The translations under genes were made by a program, and so were the position numbers. The notes beneath the pieces were generated by a model. It searched no databases. It was not told the DNA's origin and saw only the letters and a list, made by a program, of their open reading frames with translations. Source: Pristiophorus japonicus (lineage: Eukaryota). From it: a DNA stretch of 64,000 nucleotides. Each line of letters begins with the position of its first letter. The first letter of the stretch is position 1. The stretch is taken from assembly GCF_044704955.1 (NCBI RefSeq), contig NC_091980.1:129580001-129644000 (forward strand). The letters are read 5' to 3'. Shown here one piece after another: positions 16,075-30,918 of the stretch.

Positions 16075-19000
16075 TCAAGGCCAGTATTTATTGCCCGTCC
16101 TTAATTGCCCTTGATAAGGTGCTGGTCAGCCATCTTCTTGAACTGCTGCAGTCTTGTGTTGAAGGTACTCCCACAGTGCTGTTAGGAGGGAGTTCCTGGA
16201 TTTTGCCGCAGTGCCGAAAAAGGAATGGTGATATATTTCCATGTCAGGTTGGTGTGTAACTTGGAGGGGAACTTGCAGGTGATAGTGTTCCCAAACTTCT
16301 GCTGCTCTTATCCTTCTAATTGCTAGAGCTCATGAGTTGGCAAGTGCTGCTGAAAAAGCCTTGGCGAGTTGCTGCAGTGCATCTTGTCGATGGTACACAC
16401 TGCAGCCATGGTGCACCGATGGTGGAAGCAGTGAATGTGGAAGGTGGTGGATGGGGAGCCAATCAAGCGGGCTGCTTTGTCCGAGATGGTGTCGAGCTTC
16501 TTGATGAGAGTTGAAGCTGCACTCATCTGGGCAAGTGGAGAGTATGCCACCATACTCCTGACTTGCACCTTGTAGATGGTGGAAAGGCTTTAGGGTGTCA
16601 GGAGGTGAGACACTCAGCGCAGAATACTCAGACTCTGGCCCACTCTTATTACCACAGTATTTTATGCGGCTGAGCTAGTTAAGTTTCTGATCAGCGTTGA
16701 GCCCCAGGGGTTAATGCTGGGGAATTCAACGACAGTGATTGTTAAGGACAGGTGTTAGACTTTCACTTGTTGCAGATAGCCATTGCCTGTCACTTGTGTG
16801 GTGCCATTGTTACTTGCCCATTATCAGCCCCACACTGAATGTCATCCAGGTCTTGCTGCATGTGGGCATGGACTGCTTCATTTTCTGATGTGTTGCAAAT
16901 GGAACTGACCACTGTGTAATCATCAGCAAACATCCCCACTTCTGGCCTTTATGATGGAGGGAAGGTCATTCATGAAGCAGCTTAAGATAGTTGGGCCAAG
17001 GACACTGCCTTGAGGAATTCTTGCAGCGATGTCTTGGGGTTGAGATTATTGACCTCCAACAACCATCTTCCTTTCTGCTAGATATGAGTCCAGCTAGTGG
17101 AGAGTTTTCTATACTCGCATTGACTTCAATTTTACTAGGGCTACTTGATGCCGCACTCAGTCAGATGCTGCCTTGCTGTCAAAGGCAGTCACTCTCACCT
17201 CACCTGGAATTCAGATCCTTTGTACATGTTTTGACCAAGGCTGCAATGAGATCAGGAGCCGAGTGGTCCTGGCGCAACCCAAACTGGACATCAGTGAGCA
17301 GATTATTGTCGACAACATCTTCCATTACTTTGCTGATGATTGAGAGTAGACTGATGGGGTGGTAATTGGCCGGAATGGATTTGTCCTGCTTTTCCTGGCA
17401 GGACATACCTGGGCAGTTTTTCACATTGTCGGGTAGATGCCAGTGTCTCTGTACTGGAACAGCTGGGCTAGAGACGCAGCTAGTTCTGGAGCATAAGACA
17501 GCTAGGATGATGTTGGGGCCAATTGCCTTTACAGTATCCAGTGCACTCAGCTGTTTCTTGATATCATGTGAAGTGAATTGAATTGGATGAAGACTGGCTT
17601 ATGTGGTGGTGGGCACTTCAGGAGGAGGCCAAGAATTTCATCCATGAGACACTACTGGTTGAAGATGGTTGTAAATACTTCGGCCTTGTCTTTTCCACTC
17701 GCGTGCTGGGCTCCGCCATCATTGAGGATGGGGTTATTCAAGGAGCCTCCACCTTCTATTTGTTTTTTAATTGTCCACCACCATTCATGACTGGATGTGG
17801 CCGGACTGCAGAGATTTGATCTGATCCGTTGATTGTGGAATTGCTTAGATCTGATTGTAGCACGTTAGCTCCACTGTTTAGCTTACATGTAGTCCTGAGT
17901 TGCAGCTTCCCCAATTGACAGCTCATTTTTAGTTGTGCCTGGTATTGTGCCAGACATTCTCTTTGCACTCTTCATTGAACCAGGTTTGGTCCCTTGGCTT
18001 GATGGTAATGAGTGAACGATACGCCGGACCATGAGGTTACAGATTGTGGTTCAATACAATTCTGCGGCTGCTGATGGCCCACAGTGTCTCATGGATGCCC
18101 AGTTTTGAGCTGCTAGATCTGTTTTGAATCTATTGCATTTAACACTCTGCTCGACCTACTCACCACAAAGGAGGGTGTCCTCAGTGTGAAGACAGGACTT
18201 CGCCTCAAAAGGATTGTATGGTGGTCACTGCTATCAATGCTGTTATGGACAGATGAATCTATGGCTCGTAGATTGGTAAGGATGTGGTCAAGCAGGATTT
18301 TCCCTTATGTTGGTTCTCTCACCATCAGTCACAAGCCCAATCTGGTAGCTATTTTCTTCAGGACTCAGCCCGCTTGGTCAGTGCTACCGAACCACCCTTG
18401 GTCATTGACATTGAAGTCCATTGCTACTATGAGTGCTTCTTCCAAGTGGCCTTCGACATGGAGGAGTACTGATTCATCAGCTGAGGGAGGGCGGTAAGTG
18501 GTTATCAGCAGGAGGTTTCCATGCCCAAGCTTGACCTGAACCCATGGGACTTGATCGGGTCCATAATTAATGTTGAGGACACCAACCTCTACTCCCTCCC
18601 GACTGTATACCACTGTGTCACCACCTCTGGTGGGTCTGCCATTCCGGTGGGACAGGACATACGCAGGGATGGTGATGGAGGAGTCTGGGATATTGGCTGG
18701 AAGGTATGATTCTGTGATTATGACTATGTCGGGTTTTGCTTGACTAACCTGTGGGGCAGCTCTCCCCAGTTTGCCACAAGATTCCAGATGTTAGTGAGGA
18801 GGACTTTGCATTATTGACTGGGCTGGGTGTACCATTGTCATGTCAGAGGTCGGTGCCGAGGTCGATGCCGGGTGGTCCTCCTGTTTTGTTCTTAATGTTT
18901 CTCGTAGCGGTTTGTTATAACTGACTGACTTGCTAGGCCATTTCGGAGGGCAGTTAAGACTCAACCACATTGCTGTGGGTTTGAAGTCGCATACAGGCCA

Positions 19001-19200
19001 GACCAGGTAAGGACGGCATATTTCCTTCCCTCAGGACATTAGTGAAGCAGATGGTTTTTTACGACAATCCGATAGCTCCCTGGGCAACATTACTGATACT
19101 AGCTTTTTATTCCAGATTTTAATTTAATTTACTGAAATTAAATTCCCCAGCTGCCGTGGTGGGACTTTGGATCATTCGTCCAGGTCTATGAATTACTCAT
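16075..19200 (-). mobile_element. Degenerate CR1/L2-group non-LTR retrotransposon (endonuclease + RT)
   Basis: Fragments KQDKSIPANYHPISLLSIISKVME, LLTDVQFGLRQDHSAPDL, LLITTYRPPSADESVLLHVE. Duplicated at 43000-46430. Confidence 0.85.
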
Positions 19201-19229
19201 CCAGTAACATAACCACTATGTTACCGTAC

Positions 19230-20140
19230 TCTTTGCATCTCTCAATGGCACTTTTGGAGTATCGATGTCACCACAATTCATACGTTGATGACTCACAATT
19301 CTGCAAGTCAGGTTCGGTTTGCGTGCTGATGAATTTGACGGCTTCATGTTTCAGACAAAACAAATTCTTCAGGTCAATCGACGTGAAAAACTTTACAGGT
19401 GCCCATGTTTTAAGAACTACATAGAATTTACAGCACAGAAAAAGGCCATTCAGCCTGGCAAATTGCAGTGGTGAGCGGTCCTTCTCGAACGTAAAACGAA
19501 TCAAGGATGGGACAAGATCGACTTAATATTCTTTCAATTGAGAGCGAAGTACAGAGAGGACTTGACTTCACACACTGAGCCTCTTCCCAACTTCATTTAA
19601 TCGTATCAGCATATCCTTCCAATCCGTGCTCCCTCACGTGTTTATCCAGTTTCCCCTTAAACGCATCTGTGCGTTTGGCCTCATCTATTCCTTTCGATGA
19701 CGAGTTAAACATTCTAAACACTGAGTAAGGAAATTTCATTTGAAGTCTCTTAGATTATTAATTCTATGGAGATCAGAACTGTGCACAATACTCCAAGTGT
19801 TGTCTAGCCAAGGTACTATATAAATTTAACATGCTGCCCAGGGATGTGTTTCAGCTGCAGGCATTCCTCGCTCTGAGCTCAGAACTGAGCTAATAGTTGA
19901 CCCTCATCTGTGCCTTTTTATCTCTAGAATTGACTACTTCAATGCTCTCCTACGAGCCTTACTTGCTCCATAAATTTAAGCTTGTCCAAAACTCTGCTGC
20001 CCGTATCCTAACACACACCTAGCCCCATTCACCCATAACCCCTGTGCTTGTGGACCACCATTGGCTCCCGGTCTGACAGCGCCTCAAATTCAAGATTCTT
20101 ATCCTTGTATTAAAATTCCACCATGGCCCGTCCCTCACCT
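19230..20140 (+). mobile_element. Ancient L2 LINE RT fragment with an inserted CR1/SINE tail
   Basis: YVDDSQF resembles YADDTQL; the paralog at 46984-47436 gives LHKLKLIQNSAA. Related RT modules at ~15595, ~35365, ~42520 and ~46440. Confidence 0.6.
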
Positions 20141-20144
20141 CTTT

Positions 20145-20330
20145 TCCCAGCACATGAATAACATCGGTGCTGTTTCCTGCTCTAACAACAAACTGGAAAA
20201 TTTAATTCACTATGTTTACAATTTCTACCGTTCACTCACCTTCACATGGTCCATCTCTGTCACTTCACTTCCCTTCCTCGACTTCTCTGTCTCTATTTCT
20301 AAACATAGTCTATCGACAAATATCCAATGA
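20145..20330 (+). mobile_element. Penelope-like element RT fragment
   Basis: NNIGAVSCS..KLENLIHYVYNFYRSLTFTWSISVTSLPFLDFSVSIS, a typical PLE RT C-terminal motif. Paralog at ~56155-56340. Confidence 0.7.
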
Positions 20331-20446
20331 GTTGTTTGGATGTTGCTTCAAATCCGCAGATACCTGCAAATGACCAAACCACTGAACAATCCAGAACTAT
20401 TAAAAAGACACTCACTCGCAAACAACAGAGGATTCAATGAATGTTT

Positions 20447-20785
20447 CAAGGTGGCCATTAACTGGTCCAGGCAGAGCACGGTCGATGGGGTTTTCTCTCC
20501 GTCTGCCTGCCTCTCTTCTGCGGCTATATCCGTATCAGTGTGTCCCTGGAGAGGGAGCACGCGGTGTCTGCCGGTATGCTTGAGGCTTTCCGTGACCGGT
20601 GGGCACCAGAGGGACTGGAGTGCAGCGTGGATACAAGGAAATAATGTAACATTGAAAAGTTTTTATGTTAGTTTTGACATAATGTGGATCTTACAGTTTA
20701 TTCCCCCTTATAAAGGGGCACTTATGGTTTAAGTGTTTCCGATAGCTGATTTAATAATTCCAATTAATTAGCTCAAAGAGTAGAG
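20447..20785 (+). mobile_element. Tx1-type retrotransposon 3' remnant (variant B) upstream of FT3
   Basis: caaggtggccattaactggtccaggcag...gtgtccctggagagggagcacgcggtgtc...gggactggagtgc, followed by a cccccttataaagggg 3' UTR. Confidence 0.6.
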
Positions 20786-20861
20786 AATCCAATTAAACCT
20801 GTGACTCTGGATATTTGAACTGTGTTTGTGGAAAGTTCGGACAATTGAGATACTCATTAAG

Positions 20862-21106
20862 TTGTCAGCCAATGGTGCTCATTCTTCCAAGATGTGACTG
20901 GCCCTGGGAGTCCATCTTACCTCCTTCTTTACTTGATTGGTGCTCTGAGAGGCTGCAACTTCTGATTGGGTATTGATGACTGTCACACATCAGCATGACT
21001 GCCACACCCTGGATTATCCCTCAGTATTAATACAGGAGTTTGAGATTGAATAAATGTTATCTTCTTACATCTACAAAGTTTCTACTTCAGAAAATAAAAT
21101 AGTCAG
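20862..21106 (+). promoter_or_regulatory. FT3 promoter and 5' UTR
   Basis: CCAAT ~20869, TGATTGG ~20934 and ~20963, TATTAA 21025-21030. IRE position is degenerate (TAC-ATCTA-CAAAGT-TTCTA). Confidence 0.65.
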
Positions 21107-24077
<2,971 letters not shown>

Positions 24078-24589
24078 AGTTTGCGTTTATATAATTGTCT
24101 GTGTGTGTGAGACTCATTCCTACAGAGAATGATGGCTTGTGACTTTGTACAGGCTGAGACCTGGGCTCTGTGAAATGTAATGAACTGTAAATAAACTGTT
24201 CAATACTGGACTGGGTTTTGTCTCCTTGCAAGTTTGTGGTTGCTGCTTTTTCAGTTACCATAACTTGGTTACAGCAAGTATTGCACTAAGATTTGGTCAT
24301 AGAATGATTGGCCTCCTGGGCAGTTGAGCACCTGACTGCTCTCCAAGAGCACTTCAGCCTGCTCCCCTAGCCCTGCAAAATATTTTCCCTCGGGTACTTA
24401 TCCAATTCCCTTTTTGAAAGCCATGATTGAACCTGCCTCCACCCCCCGCCCCCCCTTCTCAGGCAGTGCAGTCCAGATTATAACCACTCACTGCATAAAA
24501 GTGTTTCCTCAAGTCAGCTGTGGTTCTTCTGTCAGTAGGAGCAGTCCTATAATTTTTTTTTTGCTGGGATAATTTCAATATTGTGACAT

Positions 24590-26590
24590 GTGTATTCATG
24601 GGTGCAGTAGCAGGCCATTTGGCTTTTTTGAGCCTGCACTCATTCAATATCACAGCTGATCTATTTCAACACTGTATTCTTGCTTTCTCCCCCTACCTCT
24701 CGATGTCTTTTATCCCAAGAAATCTATCTATCTCCTTTTTTTAAAATATATTCAGTGACTTGGGTTCCACTGCTGTCTGTGGTCACACATTCAACAGCTT
24801 CACCACCCTCTGAACAACTTTCTCATCAGTCCTAAATTTCCTACACTGTATCCTAAGCCTGTGCCTACTTGTTCTAAAATTTCCAGCCAAGGGAAACATG
24901 CTTTCCCCACATCCAGGCTATCCAGCCCAGTCAGAATTTTGTACATTTCAATTAGATCCGATCTCCTCTCTTCTTCTTAAACGCTAGTGAATACAGGTCT
25001 AATCGACCCAATCTTTCTTCATACGACAGTCCTGCCAGCCCAGGAAGCAGTCTGGTGAACACTTGCTGCATGTCTGCTAATTCAAGTGTACCCTTTTCTA
25101 ATTAAGTAGACCAACTGCATGCAATACTCTCAGGTCTGGTCTCCCCAAGGCCCTGCATAACTGTAGTAAGACTTCCTTGCTCCTGAACTTGGAAATATTA
25201 CACTGTTTCCTCAACCAAGCCATCTATTTATATAGAATAGCTGGGGCCCAAGCACTGATCCTTGTTCTATCACACGAGTCACTGCCAGCCTCCCAGAAAA
25301 AGACCTGTTTATTCTTGCTCTGTTTCCTATCAATTAACCAATTTTCAATCCATGCCAGTATATTGGCCACAATTCTGTGTGCTTCAATTATGCACACTAA
25401 CCTCTTATGTGGGACTTTATCAAAGGCCTTCTGAAAATCCAAATACACTCCCTCCACTGGTTCTCCCTTATCTATTCTATCAGTTACATCCTCAAAAAAC
25501 TGCAGTAGCATTGTCAAACACTATTTTCCTTTCATAAATCCATGCTGACTTTGTCTAAGTCCGTTGATATTTTCTGTGTCCCGTTATAACATCCTTTATA
25601 ATAGATTCTAGCATTTTCCCTACTACTGATATTAGGTTAACCAGTCTGTAGTTCCCTGTTTTCTCTCTTCCTTTTTTAAATAGTGGGGTTACAATTGCTT
25701 TCCTCCAATCTGCAGGAACTGTTCCATAATCTATATATTTGGAAGATGATAACCAATGCATCCACTATTTCCATGGCTACTGCTTTTATACTATGGGATG
25801 CAGATTATCAGGCCTTGGGGATTTATTGGCTTTCAGTCCCATTAGTTTCACCAGCACTTTTTTAAAAAATTAATAATTTCCTTTAGTTTCTCTTGCTTAC
25901 TAGACCCTTGGTTCGCGAGCATTTCTTGGACGTTATTTGTGTCCTCTTCCGTGAATTGAAAACAGAACCAAAGTCTTTATTTAATTGTTATGCCATTTCC
26001 TTGTTCCCCTTTATAAATTCTCACATTTGTGACTGTAAAGGACCTATATTTGTCTTCACTAATCTTTTTCTTTTTACGTACTTGTCGAAACTTTTGCCGT
26101 CGGATTTTATGTCCCTTGCAAGTTTACTCTCGTACTCTATTTTCTTCCTCTTAATCAATCTCTTGGTCCTTTTTTGCTGAATTATAAACTGCTCCGAATC
26201 CTTAGGCTTGCGACTTTTTCTGGCAACTTTGTATGACTCGTCTTTCAATCTAATACTATCCTTAATTTCTTTTGTAAGCCATAGTTGGGCCACTTTTCCT
26301 TTTGTGTATTTGCGCCAGAAAGGAATGTATAACTGTTGCAATTCATGCATTCGTTCCTTAACTGTTAACCATTGACTATCCACCATCATGACTTCTAATT
26401 AATCTTACTAATCTATCATCACCAATTCATTCCTCATACCTTCAGAGTTTCCTTTGTTTAGATATAGGACCCTCATTTTGTATTGGACTACTTCACTTTC
26501 CATCTTCATGAAGATTTCAATCATGTTATGGTCACTCTTCCCTAAAGGACCCCGCACAACCTCTTCTCATTGCACAATATCAATCTAGAT
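24590..26590 (-). mobile_element. Degenerate CR1 LINE (ORF2 fragments and 3' end)
   Basis: ORFs with [54 protein letters not shown]. Confidence 0.88.
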
Positions 26591-27534
26591 AAAAATTCAG
26601 ACATGTTGAAGATTTAATTTCAATTTAAAGTTTATCTTGAAAATTCTATTCATGCATTTCAAACTTGCATTGCAATGCGGAAATGTTGAAAATGTTCATG
26701 TGTGTTCAGCCAAATGAGGCAGTGGGACTACAGGTACATTTTAGTGTCTTAAAGGAGGCAGAGAGGTTTACATAATAACATGAGTAGGCCATTTGGCCCT
26801 TTTGAGCCTGCTCCACCATTCAATAAGATCTTAGCTGATCTGATCTTGGCCTCAACTCCACTTTCCTGCCTGTTCCCCATAACCCTTGCCTCCACTGTCG
26901 TTCAAAAATCTGTCTATCTCCACCTTAAATGTATTCAATGGCCCAGCATTCAACGCTCTCTGGGGTAGAGAATTCCAAAGATTCACCACCCTCTGAGTGA
27001 AAAAGTTTCTCCTTATCTCAGTTCTAAATGGCTGACTGCTTATTCTGAAACTGTGACCCGTTGTTCTGGACTCCCAGCCAGGGGAAACATCCTCCCTGTG
27101 TCTATCCTCTCAAGCCCTGTAAGAATGTACTGCACAATTACCGTAGTACATGTAAAGTAGACAGAATACACTCATGCAAAAGGTGTCTCCTCAGATATTT
27201 AAAACATTAAAAAAAACACATACACAGTTACCCATCATTCAAAGCTTGCATGGATCTAATAATAGGGGAGAGGAAGACCTACAAAAACAAAGGTATCGAG
27301 ATACATGGGCTGCTGGGTGGGAAAATTCCATTTAATTTGGGAAATGCAAGAGAATGAGACAAGGGAAGTGAATTCGACAGTGGGAATAGAAACTAAATGG
27401 CTCTAGGCCACAAGGCATCAACATGGGGGTTGAGTCTGGGGATCATGGAGGAAGATAACGTGGAGAATTTACAAATGATTGAGATAGATATTGATGGACA
27501 AGGTGACTGAGAGCTTTTAGTTTTATCGATCAGT

Positions 27535-29965
27535 CAGATTGACTCGGTGGGTCGCACTCTCTCGTTTCGGAGTCCGAAGGTCGTGGGTTCAATTCCCACT
27601 CCAGAGATTTGAGCACAACTCCAGGCTGACACTCCCAGTGCAGTACTGAGGGAGTGCTCCATTGTCGGAGAGACAGTACTGAGGTAGTGCTGAGGGAGCG
27701 CCACACTGTCGGAGGGACAGTACTGAGGGAGCGCCGCGCTATCGGAGGGGCAGTACTGAGAGAGTGCTACACTGTCGGTGGGGCAGTAATGGGGGATAAA
27801 CTGCACTGTCGGAGAGGGAGTACTGAGGGTGGGCTGCACTGTCGGTGGGCAGCACTGAGGGAGTGCTGCTCTGTCGGCGGGGCTGTACTGAGGGTGGGCT
27901 GCACTGTCGGAGGGCAGTACTGAGGGTGTCAGGTTGGTGGAGGATCTTTGTCTTACATGTGTTTAGTATAAGGCCCATGCTTTCAAACGCCTCGGTGAAG
28001 ATGTTGACGATGACTTGGAGTTCATCCTCTGAATTTGCGCGGACGCAAGCGTCATCCGCGTACTGTCGTTCGACGACAGAGGATGGGATGGTCTTGGATC
28101 TGGTCTGGAGGCGATGAAGGTTGAACAGCTTTCCAATGGTTCGATAGTTTAGTTCCACTCCTGCAGGGAGCTTATTGAATGTGAGGTGCAGCATTGCAGC
28201 GAGGAAGATCGAGAAGAGGGTTGGCGCAATGACGCAGCCCTGATTGACCCCGGTCTGGAAGTGGATTGGGTCTAAGATGGATCCATTGGTCAGGATCACG
28301 GCTTGCATGTTGTCGTGGAGCAGGCGGAGTATGGCAACAAACTTTTGGGGGCAGCCGAAACGGAGGAGGATGCTCCAAAGTCCCTCAAGGTTAACAGTGT
28401 CAAAGGACTTTCTAAGGTCTCCATGTACAAGGGTTGGTGCTGTTCCCTGTATTTCTCTTGCAGTTGTCGCGCCATAAAGATCATGTCCATTGTACCCCAT
28501 AGTGGATGGAATCTGCACTGTGAATCTGGGAGGAACTCCTCAGCCACAGCGAGAAGATGGTTGAGGAGGATTCTAGCGCTGACTTTCCCGGTGGTTGATA
28601 ACAGGGAGATTCCTCTGTAGTTGCCGCAGTCGGACTTGTCCCCTTTTTTAAAGATGGTCATGATTACTGCGTGTCTGAGATCTCCCAGCATGCTTTCCTC
28701 CTTCCAGATGAGAGAGATGAGAAAGGTCCTCCACCAACCTGACCCCACCAGACAGCACTGCCCCCCAGGCATCAAGATCCACGGTGTGGCCCTGGACAAC
28801 GTGGACCAATTTCCATACCTCGGGAACCTATTATCGGCAAGGGCAAAAATTGATGATGAGGTTCAACACCGCCAGTGCAGCCTTCAGCGGCCTGAGGAAG
28901 AGAGTGTTCGAAGATCATGCCCTCAAATCCGGCATCAAGCTTATAGTCTACAGGACTGTAGTGATACCCGCCCTCCTGTATGGCTCAGAGACGTGGACCA
29001 TATACAGTAGACAACTCAAATCGCTGGAGAAATACCACCAACGATGTCTGTGCAAGATCTTGCAAATTCCCTGGGAGGACAGTTCGCGATCAGGCCAACA
29101 TACTCAGCATTGAAGCACTGACCACAGTCAACCAGCTCTGTTCTGCGGGCCACATTGTTCGCATGCCCGACACAAGACTTCCAAAGGAAGCGCTCTACTT
29201 GGAACTCCTACATGGCAAGCGAGCCGAAGGTGGGCAGAGGAAATGTTTCAAGGACACCCTCAAAGCCACTTTGATAAAGTGCAACATTCCCACCGACACC
29301 TGGGAGTCCCTGGGCAAAGACTGCCCTAAGTGGAAGATGAGCATCCAGGGTGGGTGCTGAGCACCTCGAGTGTCATCGCCCAGAGCATGCAGAAAACAAG
29401 CGCAGGCAGCGGAAGGAGTGTGCGGCAAACCAGTCCCACCCACCCTTTCCTCCAACGACTGTCTGTCCTACCTGTGACAGAGACTGTAATTCCTGTATTG
29501 GACAGTTCAGTCATCTGAGAACTCACTTTTAGATTGGAAGCAAGTCTTCCTTGATTTTGAGGGACTGCCTATGATGATGATGACTGAGGGAGTGTTGCAC
29601 TGTCAGAGGAGCAGTACTGAGGGAGTGCTGTACTGTTGGAGGTGCCGTCATGCCGATGAAACAGCAAACTGTCTGCTCGCTTCGGTAGAAGTAAAAGATC
29701 TCAGGTTTCTATTTCTCAAGATCTCAAGGTAATTCACTCCGCTGTCCTTGACAATATTTATCCCTCAACTAAAACAGCTTACCTGGTCATTATCACATTG
29801 CTGTTTGCGGGAGTTTGCTGTGCACAAATTGTCTGCCGCACAGAGTGTTGTAATTTCCTACATTACAACACTGACTACACTTCAAAAAGTACTTCATTAG
29901 CTGTAAATAGCTTTGGGGCATCCTGAGGCTGTGAAAAGAGCTGTACAAATGTAATTCTTTCTTCT
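27535..29965 (+). mobile_element. tRNA-derived Deu-domain SINE with minisatellite, split by an RTE insertion (SINE parts 27535-27927 and 29583-29965)
   Basis: B-box GGTTCAATTCCC (~27587), about 9 copies of cagtactgagggagtgctgcactgtcggaggg, Deu-type body and tail. Confidence 0.75.
27928..29582. mobile_element. RTE-clade LINE with inverted 5' segment (27928-~28720 minus; ~28720-29582 plus)
   Basis: RT motifs GVNQGCVIAPTLFSIF and QYADD on the minus strand; C-terminal ALLYGSETWT, zinc-knuckle and (TGA)n tail on the plus strand. Flanked by the repeated sequence actgaggg. Confidence 0.88.
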
Positions 29966-30370
29966 TCCTGAGAGGATAAGCGTTCCCAAGGCTGCCACAA
30001 TGAAGTCCAGGTGCAAGGAGATATTTGGATAGAAGCCTTTCTTTCTTTTTGGACTGCAGTCCATTCCATTGCTTGTAAAATGTCATGGTAACATAACAAG
30101 AACTCAAAATCCCACAGTCCGCACCACATTCTAGCTCCTGTGTGTACAGGTGCTCACTAAACTTGGAAGTGATGGAGTATCTGAGCACTTGCACTTGTCA
30201 CATTCCTCACACTCACTGTCCAGTCACCTGATCCGCTGTCGGTTGCTTTGCAGACTCACTGGTCTGCCTTTGAATGTTGCATCCACACATACCTGAAAAT
30301 GACCAACCCACTGAACCGAACAGAACTATTAAAAAGGCACTGACTCGCAAACAATGGAAGATTCAATTAA

Positions 30371-30689
30371 CCTGGGCAAGGGGGCCGGCAACAGGGCCGG
30401 GCAGCAGGCGTTCGAGGTAGTCGTTCGGGCCGACTGCCCGCCTCTCTTCCGTGGCTAAGTTCGTGCCCGGGTGTCCCTGGAGACGGAGCATACGGTGTCC
30501 ATCGTCACGCTTGCGGCCTTCCGTGAGAGGAGGAGCTGGAGTGCATCATCATCCCGGGTATAGAATTTTAAGTTAATTTGTTAAGTTTCCTTTCACATCT
30601 TTTGTTGCAGTCTTTATTGGTTGTGCCCCTTTAAAAAGGGGGCCCATACTTGAAGTTAAATTGACAATTGCCACCGGCAAAAAGAAGAG
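30371..30689 (+). mobile_element. Tx1-type retrotransposon 3' remnant (variant A) upstream of FT4
   Basis: Homologous to 2489-2950 (cccgactgcccgcctctcttccgtggc...ggagtgcatcatc). Confidence 0.6.
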
Positions 30690-30918
30690 TCAGCCAATGA
30701 TGTTCATTCTTCAAAGTTCATGACTGGCTCTGGGAGTCATGGCCCCGCCTCCCTTTCCTTGATTGGTGCTCTGACAGAGGCTGCAACTTGTGATTGCGTA
30801 TTGAGGAATGTCATTCACAGCTAGGCTGTCGCGCCCTGCATTATCCAGCAGTTTGGTGTTAACCAACTTTTAGCTTTGTGCTACAACAAGTCTTAGATTT
30901 TTGGAAAAGCAAATTAGA

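Noticed and set aside
27535-27610. tRNA-like sequence with a B box
   Set aside because: It is the head of a SINE, and no convincing cloverleaf is present.
27630-27927. Regular ~32-bp repeats resembling a CRISPR array
   Set aside because: No unique spacers and no cas genes. It is a minisatellite inside a vertebrate SINE.
30060-30215. Minus-strand CEECDKCKC peptide reminiscent of the Sprouty Cys-rich domain
   Set aside because: Similarity is limited to about 9 residues and the frame has several stops in both copies.
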